Assembly (NCBI RefSeq): GCF_988243305.1
Contig: NZ_OZ547138.1
Reading direction: 5' to 3' (one strand)
DNA: 64,000 nt
Origin: a plasmid
In this document: positions 9,261-18,442 of the stretch, in pieces
Layout of the letters: each line of letters begins with the position of its first letter
Position numbering within the stretch: position 1 is the stretch's first letter
Translations under genes and position numbers: made by a program
The notes under the pieces: model-generated
The model's input: only the letters and a program-made list of their open reading frames with translations
What the model was told of the DNA's origin: nothing
Database searches by the model: none

Positions 9261-9788
9261 ATGAGTGCACGTGGTATCAACAAGGTCATCCTCGTCGGGC
9301 GTCTGGGCAATGATCCGGAGGTCCGTTACATCCCCAACGGGGGCGCAGTGGCAAACCTGCAGGTGGCCACGTCAGAAAGCTGGCGCGACAAACAGACGGG
9401 GGAGATGCGGGAGCAGACGGAATGGCACCGCGTGGTGCTGTTCGGCAAGCTCGCGGAAGTGGCAGGTGAATATCTGCGCAAGGGCGCGCAGGTCTACATC
9501 GAGGGGCAACTCCGTACCCGTAGCTGGGAAGATAACGGTATCACCCGTTACGTCACTGAAATTCTTGTTAAGACCACGGGCACCATGCAGATGCTGGGGA
9601 GTGCACCACAGCAGAACGCTCAGGCGCAACCGAAGCCTCAGCAGTACGGCCAGCCACAGAGTGCTGACGCAACGAAAAAAGGGAGCGCGAAAACGAAAGG
9701 CCGTGGACGTAAGGCTGCGCAGCCGGAGCCTCAGCCGCAACCGCCGGAGGGTGAGGATTACTGGTTTTCAGACGATATCCCGTTCTGA
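9261..9788 (+). CDS. ssb: Plasmid single-stranded DNA-binding protein
   Basis: 175 aa, N-terminal OB-fold sequence [19 protein letters not shown], Gln/Pro-rich linker, acidic tail DDIPF. Confidence 0.95.
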   Translation: MSARGINKVILVGRLGNDPEVRYIPNGGAVANLQVATSESWRDKQTGEMREQTEWHRVVLFGKLAEVAGEYLRKGAQVYIEGQLRTRSWEDNGITRYVTEILVKTTGTMQMLGSAPQQNAQAQPKPQQYGQPQSADATKKGSAKTKGRGRKAAQPEPQPQPPEGEDYWFSDDIPF

Positions 9789-9838
9789 ATGACTGACTGT
9801 GAAAACCGCCCCGTCCAGTGCGGGGCATCACCGGAGAT

Positions 9839-10078
9839 ATGAGGATGAGCGAATATTTCAGAATATTTCAGGGGCTGCCTGACGGCTCCTTTACCCGCGA
9901 ACAGGCTGAAGCCGTTGCCGCACAGTACCGGAATGTCTTTATCGAGGATGATCAGGGAACGCATTTTCGCCTGGTTGTCCGCAATAACAGTGGCCTGGTC
10001 TGGCGTACCTGGAATTTTGAGGACGGTGCCGGGTACTGGATGAACCATGTCATCCGGAATTTCGGCATTCTTAAGTAA
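9839..10078 (+). CDS. Small hypothetical protein (start uncertain: 9818 GTG, 9839 or 9845 ATG)
   Basis: ORF downstream of ssb in the same orientation. Confidence 0.35.
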   Translation: MRMSEYFRIFQGLPDGSFTREQAEAVAAQYRNVFIEDDQGTHFRLVVRNNSGLVWRTWNFEDGAGYWMNHVIRNFGILK

Positions 10079-10136
10079 GAGAGGTGCCGGACGCGCGAAC
10101 GTCCGGCAGGACATAAGCAATTATAAGGGGATGATT

Positions 10137-12095
10137 ATGCCTGTAACGAAGTGTGAACCAGAAACCACCCGCAAAGCAAGCCGTAAATCTGTAAAAACGC
10201 AGGAAACTGTCCTGTCTGCCCTGCTGGCGCAGACGGAGGAAGTGAGCGTGCCGCTGGCCTCGCTGATTAAATCACCGCTGAATGTGCGCACGGTGCCGTA
10301 TTCTGCGGAGTCCGTCAGCGAACTGGCGGAGTCCATTAAGGGCGTTGGCCTGTTGCAGAATCTGGTCGTGCATACCCTGCCTGGTGACCGTTACGGTGTC
10401 GCCGCAGGTGGTCGCCGACTGGCTGCACTCAACATGCTGGCAGAGCGTGGCATTATTCCGGCTGACTGGCCTGTACGCGTGAAGGTTATTCCGCAGGAGC
10501 TGGCGACTGCCGCATCAATGACTGAAAACGGTCATCGTCGGGATATGCACCCTGCCGAACAGATTGCCGGATTCCGTGCGATGGCGCAGGAAGGCAAAAC
10601 GCCTGCACAAATCGGTGATTTGCTGGGCTATTCGCCCCGCCACGTTCAGCGAATGCTGAAACTGGCAGACCTTGCGCCTGTCATCCTCGATGCGCTGGCA
10701 GAAGACCGCATCACCACAGAGCACTGTCAGGCGCTGGCGCTGGAGAACGACACCGCGCGTCAGGTGCAGGTGTTTGAAGCCGCCTGCCAGTCGGGATGGG
10801 GCGGTAAACCGGAAGTACAGACCATTCGTCGTCTGGTGACCGAAAGTGAAGTGGCGGTGGCGGGGAACAGTAAATTCCGCTTTGTGGGGGCTGATGCCTT
10901 CTCGCCAGATGAACTGCGCACTGATTTGTTCAGCGACGACGAGGGTGGCTATGTGGACTGTGTTGCGCTCGATGCCGCCCTGCTGGAAAAACTCCAGGCT
11001 GTTGCAGAGTTCCTTCGGGAAGCCGAAGGCTGGGGATGGTGCGCCGGACGCATGGAGCCTGTCGGTGAGTGCCGTGAGGATGCCGGAACATACCGCTGTC
11101 TGCCGGAGCCGGAAGCGGTGCTGACGGAGGCGGAAGAAGAACGCCTGAACGAACTGATGACGCGTTACGACGCGCTGGAAAACCAGTGTGAGGAATCCGA
11201 CCTGCTGGAAGCAGAAATGAAGCTGATTGACTGCATGGCGAAGGTCAGGGCGTGGACGCCGGAGATGCGTGCCGGAAGTGGCGTGGTGGTGTCCTGGCGT
11301 TATGGAAACGTATGTGTCCAGCGTGGTGTGCAGTTGCGCAGTGAAGATGACGCGACTGATGACGCTGACCGCACGGAACAGGTGCAGGAGAAAGCGTCAG
11401 TGGAGGAAATCAGTCTGCCGTTGCTGACGAAAATGTCTTCCGAACGCACGCTGGCAGTCCAGGCAGCACTGATGCAGCAACCGGACAAATCCCTGACACT
11501 GCTGGCATGGACGCTCTGCCTGAATGTGTTTGACAGCGGAGCGTACAGTAAACCAGCACAAATCAGCCTGGAATGTAAACATTATTCGCTGACCAGCGAT
11601 GCGCCGTCAGGGAAGGAAGGTGCCGCATTCCTGGCGCTGATGGCAGAAAAAGCCCGTCTTGCGGCCCTGTTACCGGAGGGATGGTCACGGGACATGACGA
11701 CGTTCCTGTCACTCAGTCAGGAGGTGCTGTTATCCCTGCTCAGTTTCTGCACCGCATGCAGCCTTAACGGTGTCCAGACCCGCGAGTGTGGTCGCACGTC
11801 ACGCAGTCCGCTTGACTCACTGGAGAGCGCCATCGGTTTTCACATGCGCGACTGGTGGCAGCCGACGAAAGCAAACTTCTTCGGACACCTGAAAAAGCCG
11901 CAGATTATCGCAGCCCTGAATGATGCCGGACTGTCCGGTGCCGCACGGGACGCAGAGAAGATGAAGAAAGGCGATGCCGCTGAACATGCAGAGTTCCATA
12001 TGAAAGACAACCGCTGGGTGCCTGGCTGGATGTGTTCACCACGTCCACAGACGGATGCCACTGAACGCGCCGATAACCTGGCTGATGCCGCCTGA
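10137..12095 (+). CDS. ParB-like nuclease domain protein of the leading region
   Basis: N-terminal ParB/Srx-like region (LQNLVVHTLPGDRYGVAAGGRRLAAL); about 650 aa; start ATG 10137 preferred (AAGGGG RBS). Confidence 0.7.
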   Translation: MPVTKCEPETTRKASRKSVKTQETVLSALLAQTEEVSVPLASLIKSPLNVRTVPYSAESVSELAESIKGVGLLQNLVVHTLPGDRYGVAAGGRRLAALNMLAERGIIPADWPVRVKVIPQELATAASMTENGHRRDMHPAEQIAGFRAMAQEGKTPAQIGDLLGYSPRHVQRMLKLADLAPVILDALAEDRITTEHCQALALENDTARQVQVFEAACQSGWGGKPEVQTIRRLVTESEVAVAGNSKFRFVGADAFSPDELRTDLFSDDEGGYVDCVALDAALLEKLQAVAEFLREAEGWGWCAGRMEPVGECREDAGTYRCLPEPEAVLTEAEEERLNELMTRYDALENQCEESDLLEAEMKLIDCMAKVRAWTPEMRAGSGVVVSWRYGNVCVQRGVQLRSEDDATDDADRTEQVQEKASVEEISLPLLTKMSSERTLAVQAALMQQPDKSLTLLAWTLCLNVFDSGAYSKPAQISLECKHYSLTSDAPSGKEGAAFLALMAEKARLAALLPEGWSRDMTTFLSLSQEVLLSLLSFCTACSLNGVQTRECGRTSRSPLDSLESAIGFHMRDWWQPTKANFFGHLKKPQIIAALNDAGLSGAARDAEKMKKGDAAEHAEFHMKDNRWVPGWMCSPRPQTDATERADNLADAA

Positions 12096-12146
12096 TGAAC
12101 AACCACACCGCCCCGCCGGAGACGGGGCGGCAGAGGGAGAAATACG

Positions 12147-12584
12147 ATGATGAATACCGAACTGACACTGAATGCCCTGCAGTCCATGAATGCCCAGGAA
12201 TATGAAGAAATCCGTGCTGCGGGAAGCGATATGCGCCGTAATCTCACTCACGAGGTGATGCGTGAAGTGGACGCACCGGCTAACTGGATGATGAACGGAG
12301 AGTATGGCAGCGAGTTCGGGGGCTTTTTCCCCGTCCAGGTTCGTTTCACGCCAGCCCACGAACGTTTCCACCTGGCATTATGTTCGCCGGGAGACGTCTC
12401 TCAGCTCTGGATGCTGGTTCTGGTGAATGGTGGTGGACAGCCTTTCGCCGTCGTTCAGGTGCAACATATCTTCACGCCTGTCGCGATCAGTCACACGCTG
12501 GCGCTTGCCGCGACACTGGATGCGCAGGGATACAGTGTTAACGACATCATCCATATCCTGATGGCAGAAGGAGGTCAGGCATGA
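12147..12584 (+). CDS. psiB: Plasmid SOS inhibition protein B
   Basis: 145 aa; [23 protein letters not shown]...HILMAEGGQ matches the PsiB family. Confidence 0.9.
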   Translation: MMNTELTLNALQSMNAQEYEEIRAAGSDMRRNLTHEVMREVDAPANWMMNGEYGSEFGGFFPVQVRFTPAHERFHLALCSPGDVSQLWMLVLVNGGGQPFAVVQVQHIFTPVAISHTLALAATLDAQGYSVNDIIHILMAEGGQA

Positions 12585-13300
12585 GCGCACGTTCACGGGC
12601 ACTGATCCCCCTCAGCGCAGAACAACAGGCCGCCATGCAGGCGGTGGCTGTCACAGAACAACGTCGTCGTCAGGGACGCACACTTTCAGCATGGCCTTAT
12701 GCCACCGCTTTCTTTCGCTGCCTGAATGGCAGTCGCCGGATTTCGCTGACCGATCTCCGCTTTTTTGCCCCTGCGCTGACGAAGGAGGAATTTCATGGCA
12801 ACCGTCTCCTGTGGCTGGCTGCCGTGGATAAACTGATTGAAAGTTTTGGGGAAGTCTGTGTTCTTCCCCTGCCATCCGATGCGGGGCACCGTCTGTTCCC
12901 GTCCGTGCCTTTTCGTGAAGGTGAGCGTCGTCGTCAGAAAACCACGCTGACAGAGCAGAAATACAGCCGCCAGCGGGAACGTGAGGCAGAACGACGGGAA
13001 CTGGAATACCAGACATGTTTTGCTCAGGCGCAGATTGACCTTGCGTTTCATACTCCCGCCACGGTCGGAAGCTGGTTGTCCCGCTGGTCTGGTGTTGTTG
13101 AGGAGCATGATCTGGAAACGATTTTCTGGGGGTGGTGCGGGCGTTTTCCATCACTGTCATCATTTGACCGGTTTTTCTGGCAGGAGGAACCACTCTGGCG
13201 GCTGATTTTTGAAGCCGGTGAGGCCGGTCGTGGTGCACCGGTACAGGTACGTGCACTTGAGCAGTGGATGATCCCGAACAAGCTGGAGAACGTAATATGA
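12581..13300 (+). CDS. psiA: Plasmid SOS inhibition protein A
   Basis: 239 aa immediately downstream of psiB with overlapping start/stop, the conserved psiB-psiA arrangement. Confidence 0.85.
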   Translation: MSARSRALIPLSAEQQAAMQAVAVTEQRRRQGRTLSAWPYATAFFRCLNGSRRISLTDLRFFAPALTKEEFHGNRLLWLAAVDKLIESFGEVCVLPLPSDAGHRLFPSVPFREGERRRQKTTLTEQKYSRQREREAERRELEYQTCFAQAQIDLAFHTPATVGSWLSRWSGVVEEHDLETIFWGWCGRFPSLSSFDRFFWQEEPLWRLIFEAGEAGRGAPVQVRALEQWMIPNKLENVI

Positions 13301-13893
13301 TGAAATCAGACGAAAAATACCAGGTTCCCGCGTGGATGCGACCTCTGTTGCCGTTGCTCTGCAACACCGGGGGGAACGATCCGGAAGAACTGCTGAATGA
13401 TACAGAAACCACTGCCAGTGCGAATGTTGTCCGTTATGTACTGATAGTTGCTGTGCGGTCGCAGGTTGATCTGCTGCAGCTTCTGTACAGGAAAGGGCTG
13501 TTGCGCACAGAGATACCAGGTGGCTTTTCACCGGAAGAAGCGCAGGCACTCCTGGATAATCTGGTGCGCAGCCATATCAGCAAGGCGCTGTCGGGCGAGC
13601 GAATGGCAGCCCGTGACAGAAATGCCGATCTGGCCTGGATTGGACAGCAACTGGTCGATGCCGCCTGGTTTGTCCGTGCCACACTGGAAGCGCATGGGAT
13701 GAGCGTCGGAAATGAGAGTCCCCCTGCTCCGCCGGAGACAATGCCGGACATACAGACACGGGAACTGGTGATGTTGATCAAGCGACTGGCATCATCGCTG
13801 AAAGCGGTGAAACCGGACAGTTGTGTGGTGCGTGAAGCGCAGGACTGGCTGCGCGACAGAAAACTTGTGAGCATCACGGATGTTCTCCGGTGA
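13297..13893 (+). CDS. Hypothetical leading-region protein
   Basis: ATG 13297 overlaps the psiA stop; about 198 aa. Confidence 0.45.
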   Translation: MMKSDEKYQVPAWMRPLLPLLCNTGGNDPEELLNDTETTASANVVRYVLIVAVRSQVDLLQLLYRKGLLRTEIPGGFSPEEAQALLDNLVRSHISKALSGERMAARDRNADLAWIGQQLVDAAWFVRATLEAHGMSVGNESPPAPPETMPDIQTRELVMLIKRLASSLKAVKPDSCVVREAQDWLRDRKLVSITDVLR

Positions 13894-14000
13894 ACCAGTG
13901 GAGGTATGCTTGAGGGGCAGGGACATGCCAGTCATGATCGTTTCATATCAGGGGTGGTCTGGAGGTCATGCGGTGTGCTCCCTGCTCTCGCCGGAATAAG

Positions 14001-14340
14001 GAAGTCGCCGGCGGCTCCGCTTTTACCCGGCCATGCGGGGCATGGCCTTGTGGGTTTTCAGTTATGTGGCCGCCGTGTCGTGTGCGGGCTGTGCCGTGCC
14101 TCCATCGTAGCCGGGCTTCTGCGGGCGGGATGCAAGGTAAGATGAACCGCTGCGGTCACCCGGTCCCTCCTTCCCGTCTGCCGTGATTTTCCGGTCGTTC
14201 ACCCGCTCAGATTTCGCGGTCTCACCCTCCAACTCCCGTCAGCCGTGCGCGTCGGGCTGCGGCTTTCCTTGCGCCCTTGCATCCCTGCAGGCCCGGCAAA
14301 GATGGAGGCACGGCACCGCCCGGTGTCGCAGAACATGTGA
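14001..14340. repeat. Structured GC-rich repeat, family A copy 2 (ssi/Frpo-like) upstream of ardA
   Basis: Near-identical to 7052-7390. Confidence 0.6.
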
Positions 14341-14357
14341 CTATGGAGGATTCGGGA

Positions 14358-14858
14358 ATGTCTGTTGTTGCACCTGCTGTATACGTTGGAACCTGGCACA
14401 AATACAACTGTGGAAGCATCGCCGGACGCTGGTTTGACCTGACCACGTTTGATGATGAGCGCGACTTTTTCGCCGCCTGCCGTGCTCTTCACCAGGATGA
14501 AGCCGATCCTGAACTGATGTTTCAGGATTATGAGGGATTCCCGGGGAATATGGCCTCTGAATGTCATATCAACTGGGCCTGGGTTGAAGGCTTCCGCCGG
14601 GCACGGGATGAAGGCTGCGAAGAGGCTTATCGTCTCTGGGTGGATGATACCGGTGAGACGGATTTTGACAGCTTCCGCGATGCCTGGTGGGGCGAGGCTG
14701 ACAGTGAGGAGGCTTTTGCGGTTGAGTTCGCCAGTGATACCGGCCTGCTGGCTGACGTGCCGGAGACGGTGGCGCTCTATTTTGACTATGAGGCGTATGC
14801 GCGGGATTTATTCCTGGACTCCTTCACCTTTATTGACGGTCATGTGTTCCGTCGGTGA
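14358..14858 (+). CDS. ardA: ArdA antirestriction protein (DNA mimic, anti type I R-M)
   Basis: Internal start MSVVAPAVYVGTWHKYNCGSIAGRWFDL gives 166 aa, highly acidic; about 5 kb from oriT as in IncI1. Confidence 0.9.
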   Translation: MSVVAPAVYVGTWHKYNCGSIAGRWFDLTTFDDERDFFAACRALHQDEADPELMFQDYEGFPGNMASECHINWAWVEGFRRARDEGCEEAYRLWVDDTGETDFDSFRDAWWGEADSEEAFAVEFASDTGLLADVPETVALYFDYEAYARDLFLDSFTFIDGHVFRR

Positions 14859-15040
14859 TTTACTCCCCCGCTCCGGCGGGGGTATGGCCTGCCAGGCCGC
14901 CGGAAAACCCTGGCAGGCTTACGCCTGCCTGAAATGCAGGAGGGCCGCGCCTGCGGCGCTGCCCTTCCTGCCCGTCATGGTGTGAGGCATTTTTCTGTTA
15001 TGTCGTTTCTGTTGTTCTGATTTCCGGAGGCGGGGACACC

Positions 15041-15545
15041 TTCGGCTCCCGGCTGCCTGGCGGCATCCGGTCGTCAGGCCCGACTCCGACAGGCAGCTGC
15101 TGGCGCACCCGCCAGTCTCCGCCGAACCCGCTGGCGCGGTTTCGGGCTGCCGCTACGGTCCGATGTCTGAAAAACCAGGCTTGCAGCGACCGTTCCGGTC
15201 GCGCCGCCTCTGTCGCGCCGTGACCTGCGCTCCCTGCACACCTGACGGTGTGTAAGGAAACTGCGCCTGATGGCGCAGTTGTCTGCCCTTCCGCCGCCAC
15301 CCCTGCGGCCTGTTTCCCGCTGTGGACTTTCCGGGGGCTGAAGCGGCCACAACACGTGTCAGCCGTCCAGGGGGGAGATGTACCAGCCACAAAACTTTTT
15401 GCCGCAAGCGTCAAAAACTTTTGCGTCTGCCCCCGGACAACTGCCCCGTGCCGTGGCTGTCGCTGCCCCATCGGAAAGGTCCACTGCGGGGAGAAACCCC
15501 GAAGAAGTGGACGGCAGAAGGGGCTTTCGCCCCTCCGGGGGAGCA
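15041..15545. repeat. Structured GC-rich repeat, family B copy 2 (ssi/Frpo-like)
   Basis: Homologous to 8694-9200. Confidence 0.6.
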
Positions 15546-15589
15546 ACCGGTCGGCCCGGCGACCTGATTCAGCAGAAGGAGACGTTTTC

Positions 15590-16024
15590 ATGACAGTCAG
15601 CAGCACGATTTCCGTTTTTTGCCGCGACGGGGTGTTCCGTACCGTTTACTGCCACCTGCACGGTGAGCCGACCTGGAACGGTCGCATCCTGCATACCCAC
15701 TATGCCACCGGTCAGCAGGCCGAAGCCCTGGTTGAACACGGTGATATCCGTTGCCTCGGTCCCCGTTGCGACAAACCCGCCGGGCATACGCTTCAGAACC
15801 CGGTGGACGGTGTGACGGCTTATTACGGACGTGACAGTGGTTTCCGGATGGACAGTGAGGCGCGTGAGTACCGTTCTTTCAGGGAGGCCATCGCCACGGA
15901 AAGCACTGAAGAGGTGCGCTTCCATTATGTGTTCATCGACGGCTACTGGAAGGTGATGTACCGCACGCCGGAAGGCTGGAAGATGAAGTCGCTTGCGCTG
16001 GCACTGCGCCGCTGTCCGAAATGA
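15590..16024 (+). CDS. Hypothetical Cys/His-containing protein directly downstream of an ssi-like element
   Basis: ATG 15590 with AGAAGGAG RBS; 144 aa (MTVSSTISVFCRDGVF...). Confidence 0.5.
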   Translation: MTVSSTISVFCRDGVFRTVYCHLHGEPTWNGRILHTHYATGQQAEALVEHGDIRCLGPRCDKPAGHTLQNPVDGVTAYYGRDSGFRMDSEAREYRSFREAIATESTEEVRFHYVFIDGYWKVMYRTPEGWKMKSLALALRRCPK

Positions 16025-16030
16025 AAAAAA

Positions 16031-16051
16031 GGCAGGGCGATAAACCCTGCC
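16031..16051. terminator. Hairpin GGCAGGG-cgataaa-CCCTGCC flanked by an A-run; candidate (bidirectional) terminator
   Basis: Inverted repeat immediately after the stop of the 15590-16024 ORF. Confidence 0.3.
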
Positions 16052-16117
16052 TCTCTCCGCCGGCGCTTCCCCGCCAGGAAGCCCGGCATCTCAATCACTA
16101 TCTATGGAGATTATGCC

Positions 16118-16384
16118 ATGAGACCATCAATTATCTTCGCAACCGCCGAGTATGTAAAGCGTCTGCGTGAAGAGTGCCTGCGGGAGAATAAACCCCTGCA
16201 CCGCCATACCCGCTTCAGACGTCAGGAGCTGGCACAGGATGAGATTAACCCGGACGTCCTGGCGATGAGCGGTCATATCGCCAGACGCTGCAGTGAGCAG
16301 AAGCGGGTGCGTATCCCCGCTATGAAAGCCAGCGAATGGGGCCACCTGCTCCGCGCGCTTGAAATTGAACGGGTCTGCCACTGA
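16118..16384 (+). CDS. Small hypothetical protein
   Basis: 88 aa; GGAG RBS. Confidence 0.35.
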   Translation: MRPSIIFATAEYVKRLREECLRENKPLHRHTRFRRQELAQDEINPDVLAMSGHIARRCSEQKRVRIPAMKASEWGHLLRALEIERVCH

Positions 16385-16448
16385 TTAACCCTTGCCGTCT
16401 GCCTGTGCAGGCGGCAGGATACGTTCAGACATCTCACCAGGAGGAACC

Positions 16449-17351
16449 GTGAGTAAGAAGAAAAACACCACAACGCCCACGCCGCATGATGCCGCGTTCC
16501 GGTCGTTCCTGGCGAATCCCGACGTCGCCAGAGATTTTCTGGAACTGCATCTTCCGGCGGAGTACCGGCAGTTGTGCGACCTGTCCACGCTGAAGCTGGA
16601 ACCCGCCACCTTTGTAGAGCCGGACCTGCATCAGTACGCCAGCGATATCCTCTGGAGCGTGAAAACCACCGGGGGTGAAGACGGCTATGTTTATACGCTC
16701 ATCGAGCACCAGAGCACCGAAAATCTGTACATGCCTTTTCGCATGTTACGTTACAGTGTGGCGGCGATGCAGAGACATCTGGAGCAGCACAAAACGTTGC
16801 CACTGGTGATTCCGGTGCTGTTCTATCACGGTGAGCGCAGCCCGTACCCGTACAGCATGAACTGGCTGGACTGTTTTGAGAATCCGGCACTTGCGGCTAA
16901 AATATACACAAAGCCGTTTCCGCTGGTTGATATCACTGTCGTTGATGACAATGAAATCATGAATCATCGCCGGATGGCCGCACTGACGCTGCTGATGAAG
17001 CATATCCGCCATCGTGACATGATGGAGCTGCTGGACAAACTCCCGAAGGTCATGGTGGAAATTTCAGACGAGCAGGTGCGTGTTCTGATTCATTACATCG
17101 TTAACGCAGGGGACTCTGTATCACCGGAATTTATGCGGGCGCTGGCTGAGCGTCTGCCGCAGCATGAGGATAAACTGATGACTATCGCAGAACGTCTTGA
17201 GCAAAAAGGTCGCCAGGAGGGCAGGATGGAAGGTGCGCTTGAAAAAGCCCTGGCTATTGCGTGCCAGCTTCAGAAAATGGGGATGACGCCGGAGCAGATT
17301 AAGCAGGCTACCGGGCTTTCCGATGACGAACTGAAGAAAATCACTCACTGA
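16449..17351 (+). CDS. Rpn-family (YhgA-like) recombination-promoting nuclease / putative transposase
   Basis: GTG start with AGGAGG RBS; about 300 aa with the YhgA-like core (ASDILWSV...YTLIEHQS) and the characteristic repeated C-terminal tail (ERLEQKGRQEGRMEGALEKA). Confidence 0.7.
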   Translation: MSKKKNTTTPTPHDAAFRSFLANPDVARDFLELHLPAEYRQLCDLSTLKLEPATFVEPDLHQYASDILWSVKTTGGEDGYVYTLIEHQSTENLYMPFRMLRYSVAAMQRHLEQHKTLPLVIPVLFYHGERSPYPYSMNWLDCFENPALAAKIYTKPFPLVDITVVDDNEIMNHRRMAALTLLMKHIRHRDMMELLDKLPKVMVEISDEQVRVLIHYIVNAGDSVSPEFMRALAERLPQHEDKLMTIAERLEQKGRQEGRMEGALEKALAIACQLQKMGMTPEQIKQATGLSDDELKKITH

Positions 17352-17363
17352 TGAGAGTATCAC

Positions 17364-17389
17364 AGCCCGGCAAAATGCCGGGCTTTTTA
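17364..17389 (+). terminator. Rho-independent terminator after the Rpn gene
   Basis: Hairpin AGCCCGGC-aaaat-GCCGGGCT followed by TTTTT. Confidence 0.55.
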
Positions 17390-17413
17390 TCCAGCAGGAG
17401 CAGAGCAAACAGT

Positions 17414-17584
17414 ATGACGCTTGCAGAACGTCTTATACAGAAAGGTTTTGAAAAAGGCGCTCTTGAAGTGGCGCGGGAAATAGCCTGTCGGCTTCGGGAT
17501 ATGGGCTGGCCGCCGAAACGGATTCAGGAGGCTACCGGACTTTCCGGTGAAGAACTGAAAAAACTGTTTCCTGATGAGCAGTAG
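17414..17584 (+). CDS. Small protein homologous to the Rpn C-terminal domain (free-standing RpnS-like candidate)
   Basis: 56 aa from ATG 17414 (CAGGAG RBS); MTLAERLIQKG..GALEVAREIACRLRDMGWPPKRIQEATGLSGEELKKL aligns with the Rpn tail TIAERLEQKG..GALEKALAIACQLQKMGMTPEQIKQATGLSDDELKKI. Confidence 0.45.
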   Translation: MTLAERLIQKGFEKGALEVAREIACRLRDMGWPPKRIQEATGLSGEELKKLFPDEQ

Positions 17585-17614
17585 CCTGGCATTCAGCCAG
17601 GCTGTGAATCACGC

Positions 17615-17866
17615 TCACACATCCTCTGCCGTTTCCCCCAGTTCATTTTCCAGACGCCTGATGATATCTGCCTTACGCATCCCCTGCATGTGAGGCAGCA
17701 GGTCACGGACTGAAAGAGCCTGGGTGGTCCTCCAGACGGTGACGTCCACCTGTTCCGCATTTTCCCAGGCGTGCCATGTTCTCTGCGTCACGCCAAATTC
17801 TCTGGCCGCTTTTTCGCGTGACCAGAGCATGCTTTTTCGCCAGATTCGCAGTTCCCAGTCGGTCAT
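17615..17866 (-). CDS. Small HTH (XRE-like) DNA-binding protein
   Basis: 83 aa; segment LWSREKAAREFGVTQRTWHAWE resembles an HTH; palindromic operators in its upstream region. Confidence 0.5.
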   Translation of the reverse strand: MTDWELRIWRKSMLWSREKAAREFGVTQRTWHAWENAEQVDVTVWRTTQALSVRDLLPHMQGMRKADIIRRLENELGETAEDV

Positions 17867-17880
17867 AAAATACCTTTGAA

Positions 17881-17968
17881 AAAGTGAAAAAACTTCACTT
17901 TATTTTATCACCATAATCACCAAATCAGCGCGAAAAATAAGTGTGAAAAAGTGAAGAAATTTCACTTT
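17881..17968. promoter_or_regulatory. Two palindromic operator-like sites AAAGTGAA-N5-TTCACTTT (17881-17901 and 17948-17968)
   Basis: Two near-identical 21-bp palindromes 67 bp apart in an AT-rich intergenic region upstream of the HTH gene. Confidence 0.4.
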
Positions 17969-18070
17969 TTTTAATTGCAGATGTCGTGCTGTTTTCTCTG
18001 TTTTCACCTGTGCGGGAGTGGTGTGCCAGTGACCACCACATGCCATTGTTGTGCCGTCGTTTTTCTTCAG

Positions 18071-18395
18071 TCGCGCCGGATGCGGCGCTCCCTGCACACC
18101 TGACGGTGTGTAAGGCCACTGCGCCTGATGGCGCAGCTGTCTCTGCCTGTCTGCCGCCGCACTGCGGCCTGTTCTCCGCAGACGGACTTTCCGGGGGAAC
18201 ATACACGACCACATCCCGTTTCAGTTATCCAGGGGAGAGATGTACCAGCCACAAAACTTTTTGCCGCAGGCGTCAAAAACTTTTGCGTCTGCCCCCGGAC
18301 AACTGCCCCGTGACGTGGTGAGCATCCCCCGTCGGAAAGGTCCACTGCGGGGAAATCCCCGAAGACCCGGACGGCAGAAGGAGCTTCGCTCCTCC
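18071..18395. repeat. Structured GC-rich repeat, family B copy 3 (partial; ssi/Frpo-like)
   Basis: Homologous to the right-hand 330 bp of 8694-9200 and 15041-15545. Confidence 0.55.
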
Positions 18396-18442
18396 GGGAA
18401 ATGACCTGGCTGACCCGGCAGTCGTGACGATGAGGAGACAAT

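Noticed and set aside
8654-9264. ORFs inside the family B repeats (8654-9202, 14998-15606, 17900-18441 and overlapping frames)
   Set aside because: Same reasoning: Ala/Arg/Pro-rich translations of GC-rich structured repeats, present on both strands, without RBS.
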